DNA from: Conidiobolus incongruus B7586
Lineage: Eukaryota
Assembly (NCBI GenBank): GCA_000697335.1
Contig: JNEM01009172.1
Coordinates: 1-37,646, forward strand
Direction: 5' to 3'
Length of the DNA: 37,646 nt
The notes under the pieces: model-generated
What the model was told of the DNA's origin: nothing
The model's input: only the letters and a program-made list of their open reading frames with translations
Database searches by the model: none
Made by a program: the position numbers and the translations under genes
Shown here: in pieces, positions 1 to 13,342 of the stretch
Layout of the letters: each line of letters opens with the position of its first letter
How positions within the stretch are numbered: the first letter of the stretch is position 1

Positions 1-175
1 ATCGATGTATAAGGATTCCCCAACTCAGTAATAAACATAAGCGCATGATCCAACGATTAATCCCAGTAGTCACCCAAATTCCCCCCCAGCTAATCAATAT
101 ACATAGAACGGCGACGACGAATACAATTGAGGATACCTGTGTAGGTTCCGCAAGGGGGGTCTCTTTTAAGACTAT

Positions 176-433
176 AGGGGAGAAAATGTAACGAAGCATT
201 ACCATAATGTATGTTCTTATGATAAGGTGCTCTGATTTCGAGAGAGAGAGAGTTTATTAGTTCTTTGGATCTTTCAAGGAATGACCAGAATAGTTGAGTA
301 AACTATTCTGGTGTTTTCTTTTATGTTTCCTTATTCTATACTAATTGTTTTACTTATTTTGGCTTGCTTCGGGGACTTTCGTTTTGTTCTTAATATGACC
401 TTGTTTTGGATAATGTCACGATGGGTCGTGACA
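176..433 (+). mobile_element. Polypurine tract plus 3' LTR (187-433, 247 bp) of an LTR retrotransposon whose body lies upstream of the window
   Basis: AGGGGAGAAAA (176-186) is directly followed by TGTAACGA (187). The segment ends TCGTGACA (426-433), giving TG..CA ends with a 7/8 terminal inverted repeat. It is GC-richer than the DNA after 433. Confidence 0.75.
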
Positions 434-2708
434 CAAAGCAAAAATATAAATTGAATCTAGAATTTGAATCTTAAAATAGGTATGTAATGTAATTACCACC
501 TTATAATTGGTATATTTTTGCCATTATATAGGGATTATAATAATATAACTCAATTAAACTTGAAAATTTTATTAATATTTAATTAGTTTATGTTACTGAA
601 TCAATAAAAATGTATATATAAATAATATTGAAAAATCATTTATGATATTCATTTTGATTATATTATCTCATATGGATTATGAGATTATTTCTATTGTAAT
701 CATATGAATTTAACTATGAGTACATATTAACTGAACTAATGCAAAATGGAAGAATATAATTTACTTATGTGAAAGAAATTTACTATGGAATAAAATCAAA
801 TTAAAAAAATTAATCATTGTTATAGATAATAGTGATTTATAGATCAAAAATAATTATAATTATATCAGTCTATTATTTTAATATTCTCACATTTTTTCCA
901 ATTATTCAATAATGATAATAAAATTTGTACAACATCCGGTCGGAAATGCTATTGAAACCATAAATAATGATATTGTTGTTAATATTTTATAAAATCAACA
1001 CTTTTTTAATAATATTTCATTTGACAGATATATTTTAATATTTATATTAATATATATAAACTAATAAAATAAAAGATTTCGAATTAATCTTTAATCACTA
1101 TTGTACAGTTCATTATTGCTAAATTACCTAAATTTTCAAGTGTAAATTCAAAATAGATAATATAGAATAATTTTATATTAAAAATTAGCATTATTTTAAT
1201 CTAGATAGTTCATATTAATTGAAATTCATAAAAAAATTTAAAATAAAATATCAAATCTAAAGTTTTGGGATATCAAGGATATATACCAAAAAAACATCTT
1301 CCAAGTTAAATGATATCAAATTGTTAAACTATCCCGCAGAGCTCTGAACACATAGCATCCACATGTTCCTAAAATTTTACAAACTCCCAACAATTTCAGT
1401 CTATCCCTCTCAACGTAATTTCAAAATAATATATATATTCAAATTGCATCTGAATATAGAAAATATCGGTTTATCTCCAAGTAAAAATAATGTATAAATA
1501 GAATAATCACCGAATTATTCATATTGTACAACTTTTTAATGTGAATACTGAATATTCAAAATTAAAATTTCTCAAAAGTTATCAAAATTAACTTACATTT
1601 CCTCTATTTGGGAATTATATAATAATTGATTCTCTTTCTATATACACTAAATGATTAAGTGGATTTTGATATCAATTGATAGTAAAATTTTAACTATTTA
1701 ATTAAAATTAGTCATTATAATTATATTTTAAGTACCATTGTATATTGATAATGTTACACATTACTTATCTTTCGGTAATTTTTCTAAATAAGTCATAATA
1801 TGATGAATTATTTACTGCTTTTATTATTAATCACAATTCTTTTTTCTTTATTTTTTGTCTTAAATTGAAACCTATTAAAATAATGTGATTAAAAATAAAT
1901 AATATAGCCAATCTAGGTATTGTTGGTATATTGATTCAAATTCAATCTCAGTTTAGTAAATTAAGAATTCCGTTCAATGCTTATTGGAACAATTATAGCT
2001 TTTAATGGAGTTAAATACAGCCAAATATTAAATTCAGCTTACTAAATTATATTATTTCAGAATTTTATATGTCATCAAATTTCTCCCAATTCTAATTTTT
2101 ATGAATACAATTTGAACATAATTGGATCAAACTATATTCTCTATGATTCGAATTATAAAGCACATTTGTATTGATTATATAATTTAAAATTTCAATTTTT
2201 GAAAGTTATACATTTGAATTAAAACTCAAAAAGTATCAATTTTGATGAATGAAAATTTGAAATGTATGAATTTGAATATATAATAATATATCTTCAAAAT
2301 ATCCTAATTTTGTCATAATAATATTTTTTTTAAAATATAATTAGGAAGATTAATATATATGTATTTCATAATTAAGAATTATTTGTAATTTATATAAAAA
2401 CAATATATTTAGTTAATAGAGATAACCAATCAGCATAAAAGTTTCAATATTTTTAATAAATTATTTTCAAATTTATAATATGTGTGTAAATATACTACCT
2501 CTTTTTAATATACTCAAATTTAAATTTAAATTTAAAAATATAAGATTTTGATTATTATATATAATACAAATGTTTTGATTATAAATGAAAGTAGATTGCT
2601 CACATATTAAATAATGAAAAAAAATATTTATCGTGAAGTATTAAAAAAATTTATTAGGAATAGTGATTGTTAAATTATTATAAAGGTATTTTTTATTAAT
2701 AAAATATG

Positions 2709-4258
2709 TTATTTAATATTGTTCGATAATTCTAAAATAGCAATATAAATACAGTAATTACCCAATATCAATCCAAAGATGAGCATCAATGACATACAAA
2801 TTCCATTAATTGTAAACAAATTAGGCTTGAATCCATAACTTAGTATATAATACACTACTGGTAATACGATACTAAAGTAAACGCCACTTATAGATCCCGT
2901 CAAATTTGTGAACGTATCAAAGAATCGAATACTAATGATTAAAAGAAACATGATCAGATATGGGATACAATACACAAATATGCAAATGAATTTGGCTAGA
3001 ATCTTCTTCCGTTTAATGTTATCATTTAATTCTGGACGCTCTTCATCAATCACCAATATCATAGATATGATAGAATTAGCATATGTTTGTAAGATGAATA
3101 CCACAGTGAGAAAGGAAATTACCCAAGCTATTAAACAAATTTATTATAAATATTATTTCTGTTTGATTAATATATTAGAGCTTACTGTTAGGTAAATTTT
3201 CATAAAAGTTAATAGCCGCAGCATCTCCATATGCCCAATAGCCCATTATCCCAATAAACAAAAAGCTAGAGCAAGTAATTAGTATTCCAAAGAATGCAGC
3301 AAGATCCCAATTCTTTGGCTCTTTCATGGTTCGTTCAAGATGTGGGAAATTGAGCAGTCCAGAGAAGCAAAATAGGATAAGACTGATCCCTTTTGTAACT
3401 GTGGACAATTTGAATGAATCGTAAATTGGAAGATGGGATTCATAGTTAGGACGACATTGTATGATACACACGATACATATTAAGAGAAGGTTAAGAGGGT
3501 TGATAATACTAGGACACAAAAAATATTAATTGACAATTATATAAAAGTTCCATACATAAAATTTACCAGATTGTGGCAGTATCATTCATAGAGGAAATAA
3601 AGTAACCAGGCACAGCAATTGATATAATCACCAAAAATGTACTAAAATTCAATTTTTTTTAAATTTTTTCTGTAAAATCTATATATTTCAAATATAAATA
3701 CCTCATAATAAAGTTATTTGATACCACATCATAATTATTTGTATGATTCAATAATAATTTGATATTATCCAAAATACTAATTGCTAACACTCCAACAGAG
3801 CATATCTGAATGATATGAGTTAATATTCTCATAACTTTGCCGGCCCAATAACCAAAGAAATGAGTTGCGAGTGCTGTGAAATCGTAAAGACGGTGTCCAG
3901 GTACGCAGTATAAAGATTTAACCAGATATTTTGATCCTAACCAAGTGAGCCATCCTATCCAAATGATGCAAAATATTCCAAACCACCCTGTCTGTGCAAA
4001 TACCCAGGGTATACTTGGGCACACTCCAACAGTAAAGATTCCTATTAAATCTGCAATGATGATCAGGATAGAAGATTTTCGATCCGGATAATAATCTTTG
4101 AGTAATCGCCCATGGCCAGGTCCATGCTTGCATACATCACAGCTTTGAGGTAAATGATCCTCTTGAAAAGATATTTCCTTCACATCCTCTTTAGAATTTT
4201 TGAATTTACTTAAATCGACAACCCTAGGAGAGAATTTTAGAGTTAAAAATTTATTCAT
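2709..4258 (-). CDS. Amino acid transporter, AAAP/Aa_trans (Avt/SLC36/38-like) family, about 457 aa, 4 exons
   Basis: Exons 4258-3702, 3641-3567, 3508-3186 and 3127-2709, joined by GT-AG introns of 60, 58 and 58 nt, give one 1374-nt frame. Family motifs: SIPWVFAQTGWFG, FCFSGLLNFPHLERTMKEPKNW, GIMGYWAYG. Many hydrophobic segments. Confidence 0.88.
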
Positions 4259-6249
4259 TTTACAAACATAAAAAAAGATAATAATAATAATAATAATAAT
4301 TAAATAAATTAAAAATATTCGGTTTATAAAGTTATTTATATTATAATATGAATTTTATAATTATTATTACATCAATTTCATTAATCCATATCTATTATAT
4401 GAAAACTTGACCATTTAACTATTTCTAATTTAAAATAATGTAACGGTAATTTCTTAATACTTATAATATGATTTGAGGGAGCAAAATAAGCTAGTTCAAA
4501 TAAGCTAATGCAGTATATTTGTTAGAATATCGGATTTTCAATCTTTTTCTAAGCTCTAACTCGATTCAATTTATCAAAGCACATCATCTTTGTTATCTAT
4601 AACAAATAAAACACTTTATTGATTTTTCCGGATAACGAGCAATTTATTTTAAAAAAATATTTGAGTGAGATTTGACTATTAGTTTTATATTTCATATTAA
4701 ACTAATACCTGTTTTTACCTCATTTTTGTAAAAAATTCATTAATTATAATTATTAGTGATAAATTATACAAATGAATATTCTAATAGAATAATCTTCTAA
4801 TTAAACTTAAATACTTTAATCCAATTATTTATAAAAAAATTACCTAAAATTTAGTCTATTTCATCTATCCCAAAATATTATATTAATTTAAAATTTATTA
4901 ACTGCGACAATTTTAAAGTTTATTCTGTCAAAAATAAATTTTTATTAAAATTGATTTAGTACTGTTCAATATTATAAAAATGAAAAAGAGTGATTCAAAC
5001 AAAATTGGTAATGTTATCATAATAATTTAGTTTTAAATATATATTTGCATGTAATTATACAATACTATATTTAAAAATTATTATTTAAACTGTAATATTA
5101 ATCAACTTAATATCTATATTGATTTAAAATTATTTTTTACAATTGCCTAAAATAGTTAATTTTTTTGTTTCCAATTTAAATTTAATTATATTATAAAAAG
5201 ATTAAATAATTTTATTTTATTTTATTTTATTATTTTTTTTAAATAATAAATTAAAAAATTTGAATTAAATTATAATTTTCAAAGCATTTGAAAAAAAATG
5301 TTAATATTTTAATCAAACAATTTATTAATTTTATATTTAGTTTTATCATACTTACTAATAATCAATTTGGACATTAATCAAATTTTTATATCAGAATTTT
5401 TTAAGCAAAGATTGTCTTTTCAAGGAAGAGATGACTTCCAGTAAGAATGGGAATAACTCGGTCTTTTGGAGGGTGATTAACTAAGATCACCTGAATTGGA
5501 CATTTTTATGATTAACAATTAATTTGGATTAGGCTTAATTAAGGACTCTGTTGGATGTGATTATCTGACCCTGGCAGCTTTTGTAAGTTACTAGTAATTA
5601 AATTTTATAAGTTAGAGAATAAAGTTGAATGGAATATTTATCACGAATTAATTAAGAACTATTTTTATAGCAATATACTTAGAATGGGTAGTTCATCTTG
5701 ATATTAGTTTAGGATGGAGTTCTTGTTGATATCTTGTTTAATTCCCTCTTATTGATTTCACGGTTTAGCTTGGAAACCGAAATTTTTAAGATGAGAGAGA
5801 AAGTTGCCCTCATATAAATTATTTTTATTGAAAAATCAATACAAAAATAGAGTTATATAAATATATTTTTCACAAATTTTCGTTTAAATAATATTTATCA
5901 AACCTCTAATAATTTATTGGACTGTCGATTATTCATTGACAAAATTGGTTATCAACTGATTTTATACATGGGGTATATTTCAAAGGAATGTAATCAAAAT
6001 TTATACCAAGATATTTATAAGCTTAAGATATTATATAAACAACATCATTAATATATATTTAGAATTAGAGATTTTCTTTCTATAAAATTTGATTAAATTT
6101 ATATTAAATATTATACCCAGTCATGATTCTCATATTTTTGAAATTTATCAATCATCTTTTTAATTGATATGAATTGATTTATATTATATTACACAGCGAA
6201 TTTATCAAATTTATTATCAAAATTTATATGTGAATTGGTAATTGGGCAT

Positions 6250-7110
6250 GCTTTTAAACTTGATAAAAGTTTTTATATCCTTGATTTCGTTATTTGTCTA
6301 TAGTTCTATTGAACAGTCATCAATTGGTTATGCTGCATAATAGTGTTGCAAGATATTCTATAATTCAGGCTCTTTTATTTCCAGTACTCAGTTCATCAAT
6401 TCAACAGTAAATTTGTCCTGAATATACAATCATAAATGGTAATACGAATAGCAAAGTTTTAATACAATGGTACGACTTTTTTGTAAACTGGAGAGTTATT
6501 CTAATATAAATTTAAATGCTTAAGAAATTGAGAGCAAAAAATAATCTAATAATATAGAGAAATATAGTTAATAAATAAGTTATTAAAATGATAATAAAAA
6601 ATTAGTATTAAAAATATTTAGATATTGGAGAAAAGGTTATTCAAAACAACTCTATTGGCGATATACCGATATTATCAAAGATGATATTAAAGAAAACTTG
6701 CCCCTATAATATATTAACAAACAGTTCAAAGTAGCCAAAGTATAATAATGAACTCTAATTTAGATACAATTAATAGAGTACTTTTAATGATTAAAATACA
6801 AACATATCATAGATCAATCAAAGTACCTATGAGAATGTTATATGTTTATAAGTTAGTGTAGAAAGCAAGTATGTTTTTGAAATAGTTTGTAAAAGTATCT
6901 CAAAGTAATAATCCGTGACTATCGATACAATCAACGAATACAGTGGTAATAGCTAAAATCAAATTACTGAAGGTTTATTATAATCTTTGCCACTATATAA
7001 TACAACAATTATGTAAATAGTAAACCATCAATGAAGAAAGTAAGAAATATATTTCAAAGTGAATTGACATATACAACTATTAGATCATTCGGATTCACTG
7101 GATTGCACAA
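6250..7110 (-). pseudogene. Decayed paralog of the 12422-13342 7TM receptor (ends approximate)
   Basis: Minus strand around 6360-6425 reads YSGQIYC*IDELSTGNKRA*I versus YSGKIYCWIYELSTGTRRTWM in the intact copy. It shares CTTGATTTCGTTATT near the 3' end and a recognisable 5' segment near 7060-7110. Stops and indels throughout. Confidence 0.8.
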
Positions 7111-7358
7111 TGATGTTTTAGATAATCGACTCTAATAATACCGACATTTTTTTCAAATTATATTTTAATAATAAGTATTTCATCATATTAATTCAAGATC
7201 TCACTTTGAAAATTTACAGAATTAATTAATTATAACTATTTTAATTAAAAATTTAATTTTAAACTCGATCAGTATTAATATTAAATTTTATAAAAATATT
7301 CTAATTTTATTAAAAGGTTTATATAAATTTTCAAATTTTACATAATTGGAAATTTAAA

Positions 7359-7389
<31 letters not shown>

Positions 7390-7413
7390 GTAATAATAAT
7401 AATAATAATAATA
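7359..7413. repeat. (AAT)n microsatellite
   Basis: About 18 AAT units with one AGT interruption. Confidence 0.9.
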
Positions 7414-9375
7414 GGTATTATATATTTTTTAACCATTTCAAATTTAGAATATTTTAATATTTTGTATTGGTTAAAATAAAATTTATATCTTTTCTTTGCA
7501 TTAAATAAAAATCCCAAAATTAATATAAATTTATTAATATAAATTTACTAATTTATTCAATAATTCTTTATCAAATTTTTTAATTGAATATTTATTGAAT
7601 TATAAATATTTCCTGGAACCCTAAATATCATAGAAAAGGTAATAAGTGGTTGTGAAATATAAAAATATTGTATAATGTATTTAATCATATACATTATGCT
7701 TTATTATAAATAAAATATTCTTGAAATCAAGATATAATCAATATATAGTTTGGTTTATTATATTTAAATTTTTTAAAATAAAATTTGAAAAATTTATTTA
7801 TATTGAATTATAACTAATGAAGAATGTAGACTTTAGGAAATTAATATAGTAATAAACCTATTTGCATCATAATATTTCAATTATCAATAAAAATAATGAA
7901 TAAGCGATTGACCTATAGAATAATTTATATTTTGTATGGTATTTACTTTATTATTTCTATTGACTAATAAATTACAAGATTAAATAAATGAGGCTATTTG
8001 ATAGGTGATGCTGCTCAATACGAAACTTGGTATCTGAAATGTCATTTAAATATGTATTGATTTGCAATGAAGTGTATATATCAAACGTGATTTTTATAAA
8101 TACCAATATTTCAAATACAATGCTAGCACAAATATAAATCGATATATTAATAACTTCCGAAATTAGTTGGAAATTTTAATCAATTGCTTTATATTGTTAA
8201 AATGTATGGAGTTTTTGTTTCGGTTTTGAAATTTAATATAATTGAAATTTATATTGTAATGTCTAGAAAGAATCAGTATATATATATATATATATTGTTA
8301 GTTGAAAAGCAAATATATAATTCATATTTTAAAATAAATAGCCCATCATATAATTATTTTTTTATTTGCTTTCTAATAATAATATTATATATTATATCAT
8401 TTAGAATTAAATCATAAAAAATATAATAATTTGTCAATAAGTGGTCATTTGTATCGCACTGTAGGTGTTTTAATATGTGGTATTTCATATTGAAAGTTTC
8501 AAACAGAATTACATTAATTTTAACTATAAATGTAAATCTCCTTTATTAATTATTTTTTAATGAAATTTATATTCAAAATCAATTTTAAATTAATTAAAAG
8601 GATTCATTCAAAATTTTAAAAGACTATATTTTAAATTTTTGCAATAATTATTTCTATAATTTTATTATTGAATCATATATAAAATTCTATATCAAAATTT
8701 GCACCGATATTGGAGTTAATATAATTTTGAATTATTAATTTTTTGGTTTGAAAACTATTGTTCCTTTATTTCTCTTAAATTTTATTTTATTTATTATATT
8801 GAATATTAAAAACAGTTATATTAATAGGATTATTTCATTTTGATCATATAAATTTGGTTTTGGGCTTTTGATAAATTATGTTATTATATTAACATATAAA
8901 CTATAAAATATTGCTTTCTTATTATTTAATATATAATACAAATTATAATATTTAATCTCAAAAATTGAAAAATAATGAAATATATTTATGATTAATTATA
9001 AAAATTAATTTATAAAATTCAAAACCTATATTAATTTTTTTTTGAATTATAATTACAACAATAATGAATATTATTAAATGATTTATATATTATTAATAAA
9101 TATTAAGTAATTATATAACTGATATTAAATTCCATTTAATTAATATCAAAAAATATGGTTAAGGAAATAATTTTGAAATTTTTATAAAATTTCATCTTGA
9201 TAATAACCTTTCATTAATTATATTTTTGTCAATTTATTTATATAATTTCCTCTGATTTAATTAATAAATATTATTCCTTTCCTTTTATTATAATATTTTC
9301 TATTATTACTTGATTAGTAATAATCAAAATTATTTATTATGATATGATAATATTCCGATTGATGTTATATTATAC

Positions 9376-9712
9376 TGTTGCAGATCGGGAGGTCCGCTCG
9401 CCTTTCAACATTAACCGTCCGTTAATATTCTGGATGTAATCCACTTATAAATATTAGGAACAATCCTTGCACAATGGAAAATTCCAGTCTATAACAGAAG
9501 TTAGAGTTTCAACACATTGGCAAAGAATCAACCAAACTATAAAATAGTCACTGGACGGACATTCGTTGGACGATCACTTCGATCAGGGCCAAGCCCTGCA
9601 TCTTGATATTTTAATAAAGCTCCTCTAAAGTATCTCTTTAGTCGCCTTTGGCCTGTTTCGTCGAATTCACGTGATCTTTATCGCAAGACTACCTTCCAGA
9701 AGCCTTGCGATA
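9376..9712. mobile_element. Putative solo LTR (about 337 bp)
   Basis: CpG-containing GC-rich island in extremely AT-rich DNA. Ends TGTTGCA..TGCGATA are each one C>T away from TGTCGCA..TGCGACA. Flanks TATAC/TATTA are only a partial TSD. Confidence 0.5.
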
Positions 9713-10787
9713 TATTAATATTATTTACTGTTAATTGATAAATCTAAAGCTTAAATAAATTCTGCTGATATATCAATTCTGTTAAATCATAATTAATTAT
9801 AATAATGTTTTACATTATGTTCCATTTAAAACCAATTGTTGTTATTAATAATATATTAGAAAAATATATATCATAACTTATTTACAATATGAAATAGAAT
9901 ATAATATAAAATAACCTTTAATATTATGATATTATAATAAATTTGAAAAATATATTATAATTTTATTTAAATATTAAGCTATAGTGATTAATAATATATA
10001 ATATTATTATATAATATAGTTTTATATAAATATAATTAAATCTCAGTAAAGGGTTTTAATTATTAACAATCAAAAAATATCTGTAAAAGAATTAGGAGAA
10101 AGGGAGTGCAATTGAAATATTGATTTAATTGATAGTATTGATAATATGATATTATATATAAATTATATTTTAACTTGGATATTAGTATAAAAATTTAAAA
10201 TTTATTCAATATTAATATTCAGATAAAATTAAATTACAAATTTATGAATTAATTTGATAATTAATAATAATAATAATAATAATTAAACCTAGAAATATAA
10301 AATACTTAAAAGCAGAAAATTTTATAAAATTCCTTTATAATTAAAATAAAAAATATTTTGTAAGGATTAAAAAATTTACAATCAAATCAAATATAGTTAT
10401 TATAAAATTATAATAATTTAATTTAATCAAATTAATAACTATTATGGTTCGATAATATAAAGTATATTTAATTATCAATTTAAATTGAAAAATTAAAGTG
10501 TCTATTAGATATAGATTTCAAATCTATTACTTATAGTATAATATAAAAATTTTAATTAATATACAAATCTATTTTGAATATATATAATTTAACATCCTCT
10601 TGATTGAATAAATTGAATTTCGATCAAGTATTTTCAGATTTTATTTACTATAGTTATGATTTTAGTAAAAATTAATAATATATTCAATATTTTAGTTATT
10701 ATAATTTTAAGTATATATATATATAGTAGTTATATAATTCATAACTTTTTTTATTATAAAATATTAAAATTAAAAATTTCTTATCTA

Positions 10788-12076
10788 TAACTAAAGAATT
10801 TAAAAAATAAAAAATTTTAAAATCAAATATTAAAATATAGTTTTATAAGATATGAAAATTAATAAACAATGCAAAATTAATACTCTGTTATATTATCAAT
10901 AACTCTTTGCTAGATCTTTAATAAACTTTTAATATTTAAAAAATTGTTTTTTATTTAAGATAAAAACTTGATATTTTATAAACTTATAATTTGTTTACAG
11001 TAATTATTTTTGTTGATCAATATATTTTCTAATTGCCTAAAGCAATTATAATTGCTTGGGTTATAATATAGTAAATAAGTTATATATTTTAGTTTCTGTA
11101 AATTTTTTATATAAAATATCTTATGTAATTTTAGCTTAATATATTTTATAGTTATAGTGTAAAATATTAGGTATTTTGAATTTATATTAAAAACACCAAT
11201 TAAATATAGTTTTATTTAAAAAGATATAAAATTTATTATTAATAAATTTGCCTTTAAATATTAAATAAATACTATACATTATTATAATCTAATTTAATGA
11301 TTAACCTTTATTTATAAATATAGTATTTATTTATTAAAGTTTATAAAATGGATTGTTTTAACTTAATACCTTTTTCTGAGTAAAATATTATATATAAAGA
11401 TTTAAGATTTATTAATTATAATTATTTAATATAGAAATATCAATCTTTGGTAAAATATTAATAAGTTTTGTTTATTTATCATTATTATAATTTTTCCAAG
11501 CTTTTCTTAGATAATATAATATCTATTTTGAATTTTTATTATTCAAATCAAACTTAGACTTTATATAAAATATAATTAAATAATTAATATCAAATTATTT
11601 TAATAATTGTATATCAAAAATAAATATATGTTTTTCAATATAATTTTATTTATTTATTAATAAGTAAAGAAACTACAATAGAAATTTATCTTTTAGACTT
11701 TAATAATTTTAAATAACATCCCTTTTATCATAATATAATAAATTTAATAATAAATGATAATTTTAGATAAAATGTTTTTTATAAGCTCTTTAAGAATTAT
11801 AAATAATTTTAAAGGGTTTATAGTTTGGTTTTAATAATATCAAAATAAAAAACTTTTGATAATCAGTATTTAATTGATAAATGATTAAATTTAATTTTAT
11901 ATATATTAATTACAATATGTTAAAAGAAATATTTATAAATAAATAAATATATATATATATATATGTAGTTTAAAAATATAGATTCTTTTATAAATTTTAT
12001 ATATAATTTTTTTAAATTAAGAATATGATTGAGAAATCAAAAATTAAAAAAAACTTATTATAATTTCTTTCCAAAT
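10788..12076 (-). mobile_element. Hypermutated mariner element (copy C, ends approximate)
   Basis: Colinear with 19335-20656. Minus strand near 11030-11070 reads YNPSNYNCFRQL (third catalytic-motif region). Terminal repeats are degraded. Confidence 0.7.
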
Positions 12077-12421
12077 TAATAAAACTAATAATTTAAATCA
12101 ATTGATATTTTAATAATATCAAAAAAGGTCAAAATATTTAAATTAGATCTTAATTTTAAAGAATATCTAGTCTATAATAATATAAAGATCAAACTATTTG
12201 AAAAGTTTGAAGTTATTAATATATAAAAATTTGTAAATAAAATAAAATTGATATAATAAAAATATATATTTTTATATAAACTGAATATTTTTATACCTAG
12301 TATTATTCCCTAAAAGAATTTATATATAATGATTGGAGATATAAATTTTGATACCATATAGCATTTGTAAAATTTAATAAAATTTATTATATACAATATG
12401 ATTTTTCAATATTTATATTTA

Positions 12422-13342
12422 TTAAAAGTAATAATCCCTAAATATCCATTTAAATCTATTAATAATTGGTATAAGGTCTTTCTTGATTTCGTTATTCATG
12501 TACAAAATTGTTATACAATTCACTATTACAGTTATACTAGATAATAACGTTGCAACATATTCCATCATCCATGTTCGTCTTGTTCCGGTACTCAATTCAT
12601 AAATCCAGCAATAAATTTTTCCCGAATACATAATCATATAAGGAATTAAAAATAATAAGGATTTGAAGACAATTGTTTGACATTCTTTGTAAACTAAAGA
12701 TTTATCCAAATTCAAATCTAGTTCTTTAATACATTTCTTACATGAAAATATAATTATACTGATATAAGAAATGGTAGTCAATATATACGAAATTAAAGAT
12801 GTAATAAATAAGGTAGTCAAAAAAGGTTTAGATTCTGTAAGGAGTTTTGTAATACAAAACAATTCCACTGGTGATAATGTTACTTTGTCAATTATTATCA
12901 GATACAGAAGTTGTCCCCATAAAATAGTATATAAAAATATTATCAATGAGAGCCAGAATATAATATGGAAGCTTAAATTAAATACGATTAATAGCATCCT
13001 TTCAATACTTAAAACACTGAGGACGCAACCGGAGAAGACCAAACTTAAACTGTGTGATATTAAATCATAAGCACACCAGTTCGGGTGCACGGCAAGTATA
13101 TTATAGGGGAATTTTGTAAAAATTCCTCTAAATAATAAACCTCCACTAGCAACAAAATCTACTAAAACAGCAATAAAAGTTATAATAATATCATTATGAG
13201 TACTTCTTTTGACTGTCTTGCACAAAGTGTAGAGCAACAATGATGTAAAGAGTAAACCTCCAATGGAACAAGCAATGAATGTGTTTCTTAATGAGTTTAT
13301 ATAAACCCCACTAGGGTCATTGGGGTTTATTGGGACGTTCAT
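12422..13342 (-). CDS. Intronless class-A (rhodopsin-like) 7TM receptor, 306 aa
   Basis: Seven hydrophobic segments. Cys at the top of TM3 (WCAYD), LSIERMLLI (E/DRY-like), ECL2 Cys (LFCIT) and TM7/helix-8 VNCITILYMNNEIKK. Intact ATG-TAA frame. Confidence 0.8.
   Translation of the reverse strand: MNVPINPNDPSGVYINSLRNTFIACSIGGLLFTSLLLYTLCKTVKRSTHNDIIITFIAVLVDFVASGGLLFRGIFTKFPYNILAVHPNWCAYDLISHSLSLVFSGCVLSVLSIERMLLIVFNLSFHIIFWLSLIIFLYTILWGQLLYLIIIDKVTLSPVELFCITKLLTESKPFLTTLFITSLISYILTTISYISIIIFSCKKCIKELDLNLDKSLVYKECQTIVFKSLLFLIPYMIMYSGKIYCWIYELSTGTRRTWMMEYVATLLSSITVIVNCITILYMNNEIKKDLIPIINRFKWIFRDYYF

Noticed and set aside
900..1800. Possible minus-strand F-box/LRR-type pseudogene relic (also 9720-10750 and 30950-31330)
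   Set aside because: Only vague fragments with no diagnostic motif. It needs tBLASTn against the organism's proteome.
2908..3195. Shadow ORFs 2908-3195, 3918-4133, 12771-13070, 16229-16423, 23489-23683, 27406-27606, 29016-29222, 30198-30389 and 36347-36538
   Set aside because: They are antisense or off-frame to better-supported genes, pseudogenes or integrase sequence.
8184..8417. ORFs 8184-8417 and 26240-26467
   Set aside because: TTG starts and I/Y/F/K/N-rich composition expected from AT-rich non-coding DNA.
9630..9690. Hammerhead ribozyme on the minus strand (GACGAAAC followed by a short stem)
   Set aside because: No CTGANGA core at the required position, and stem III is not convincing.
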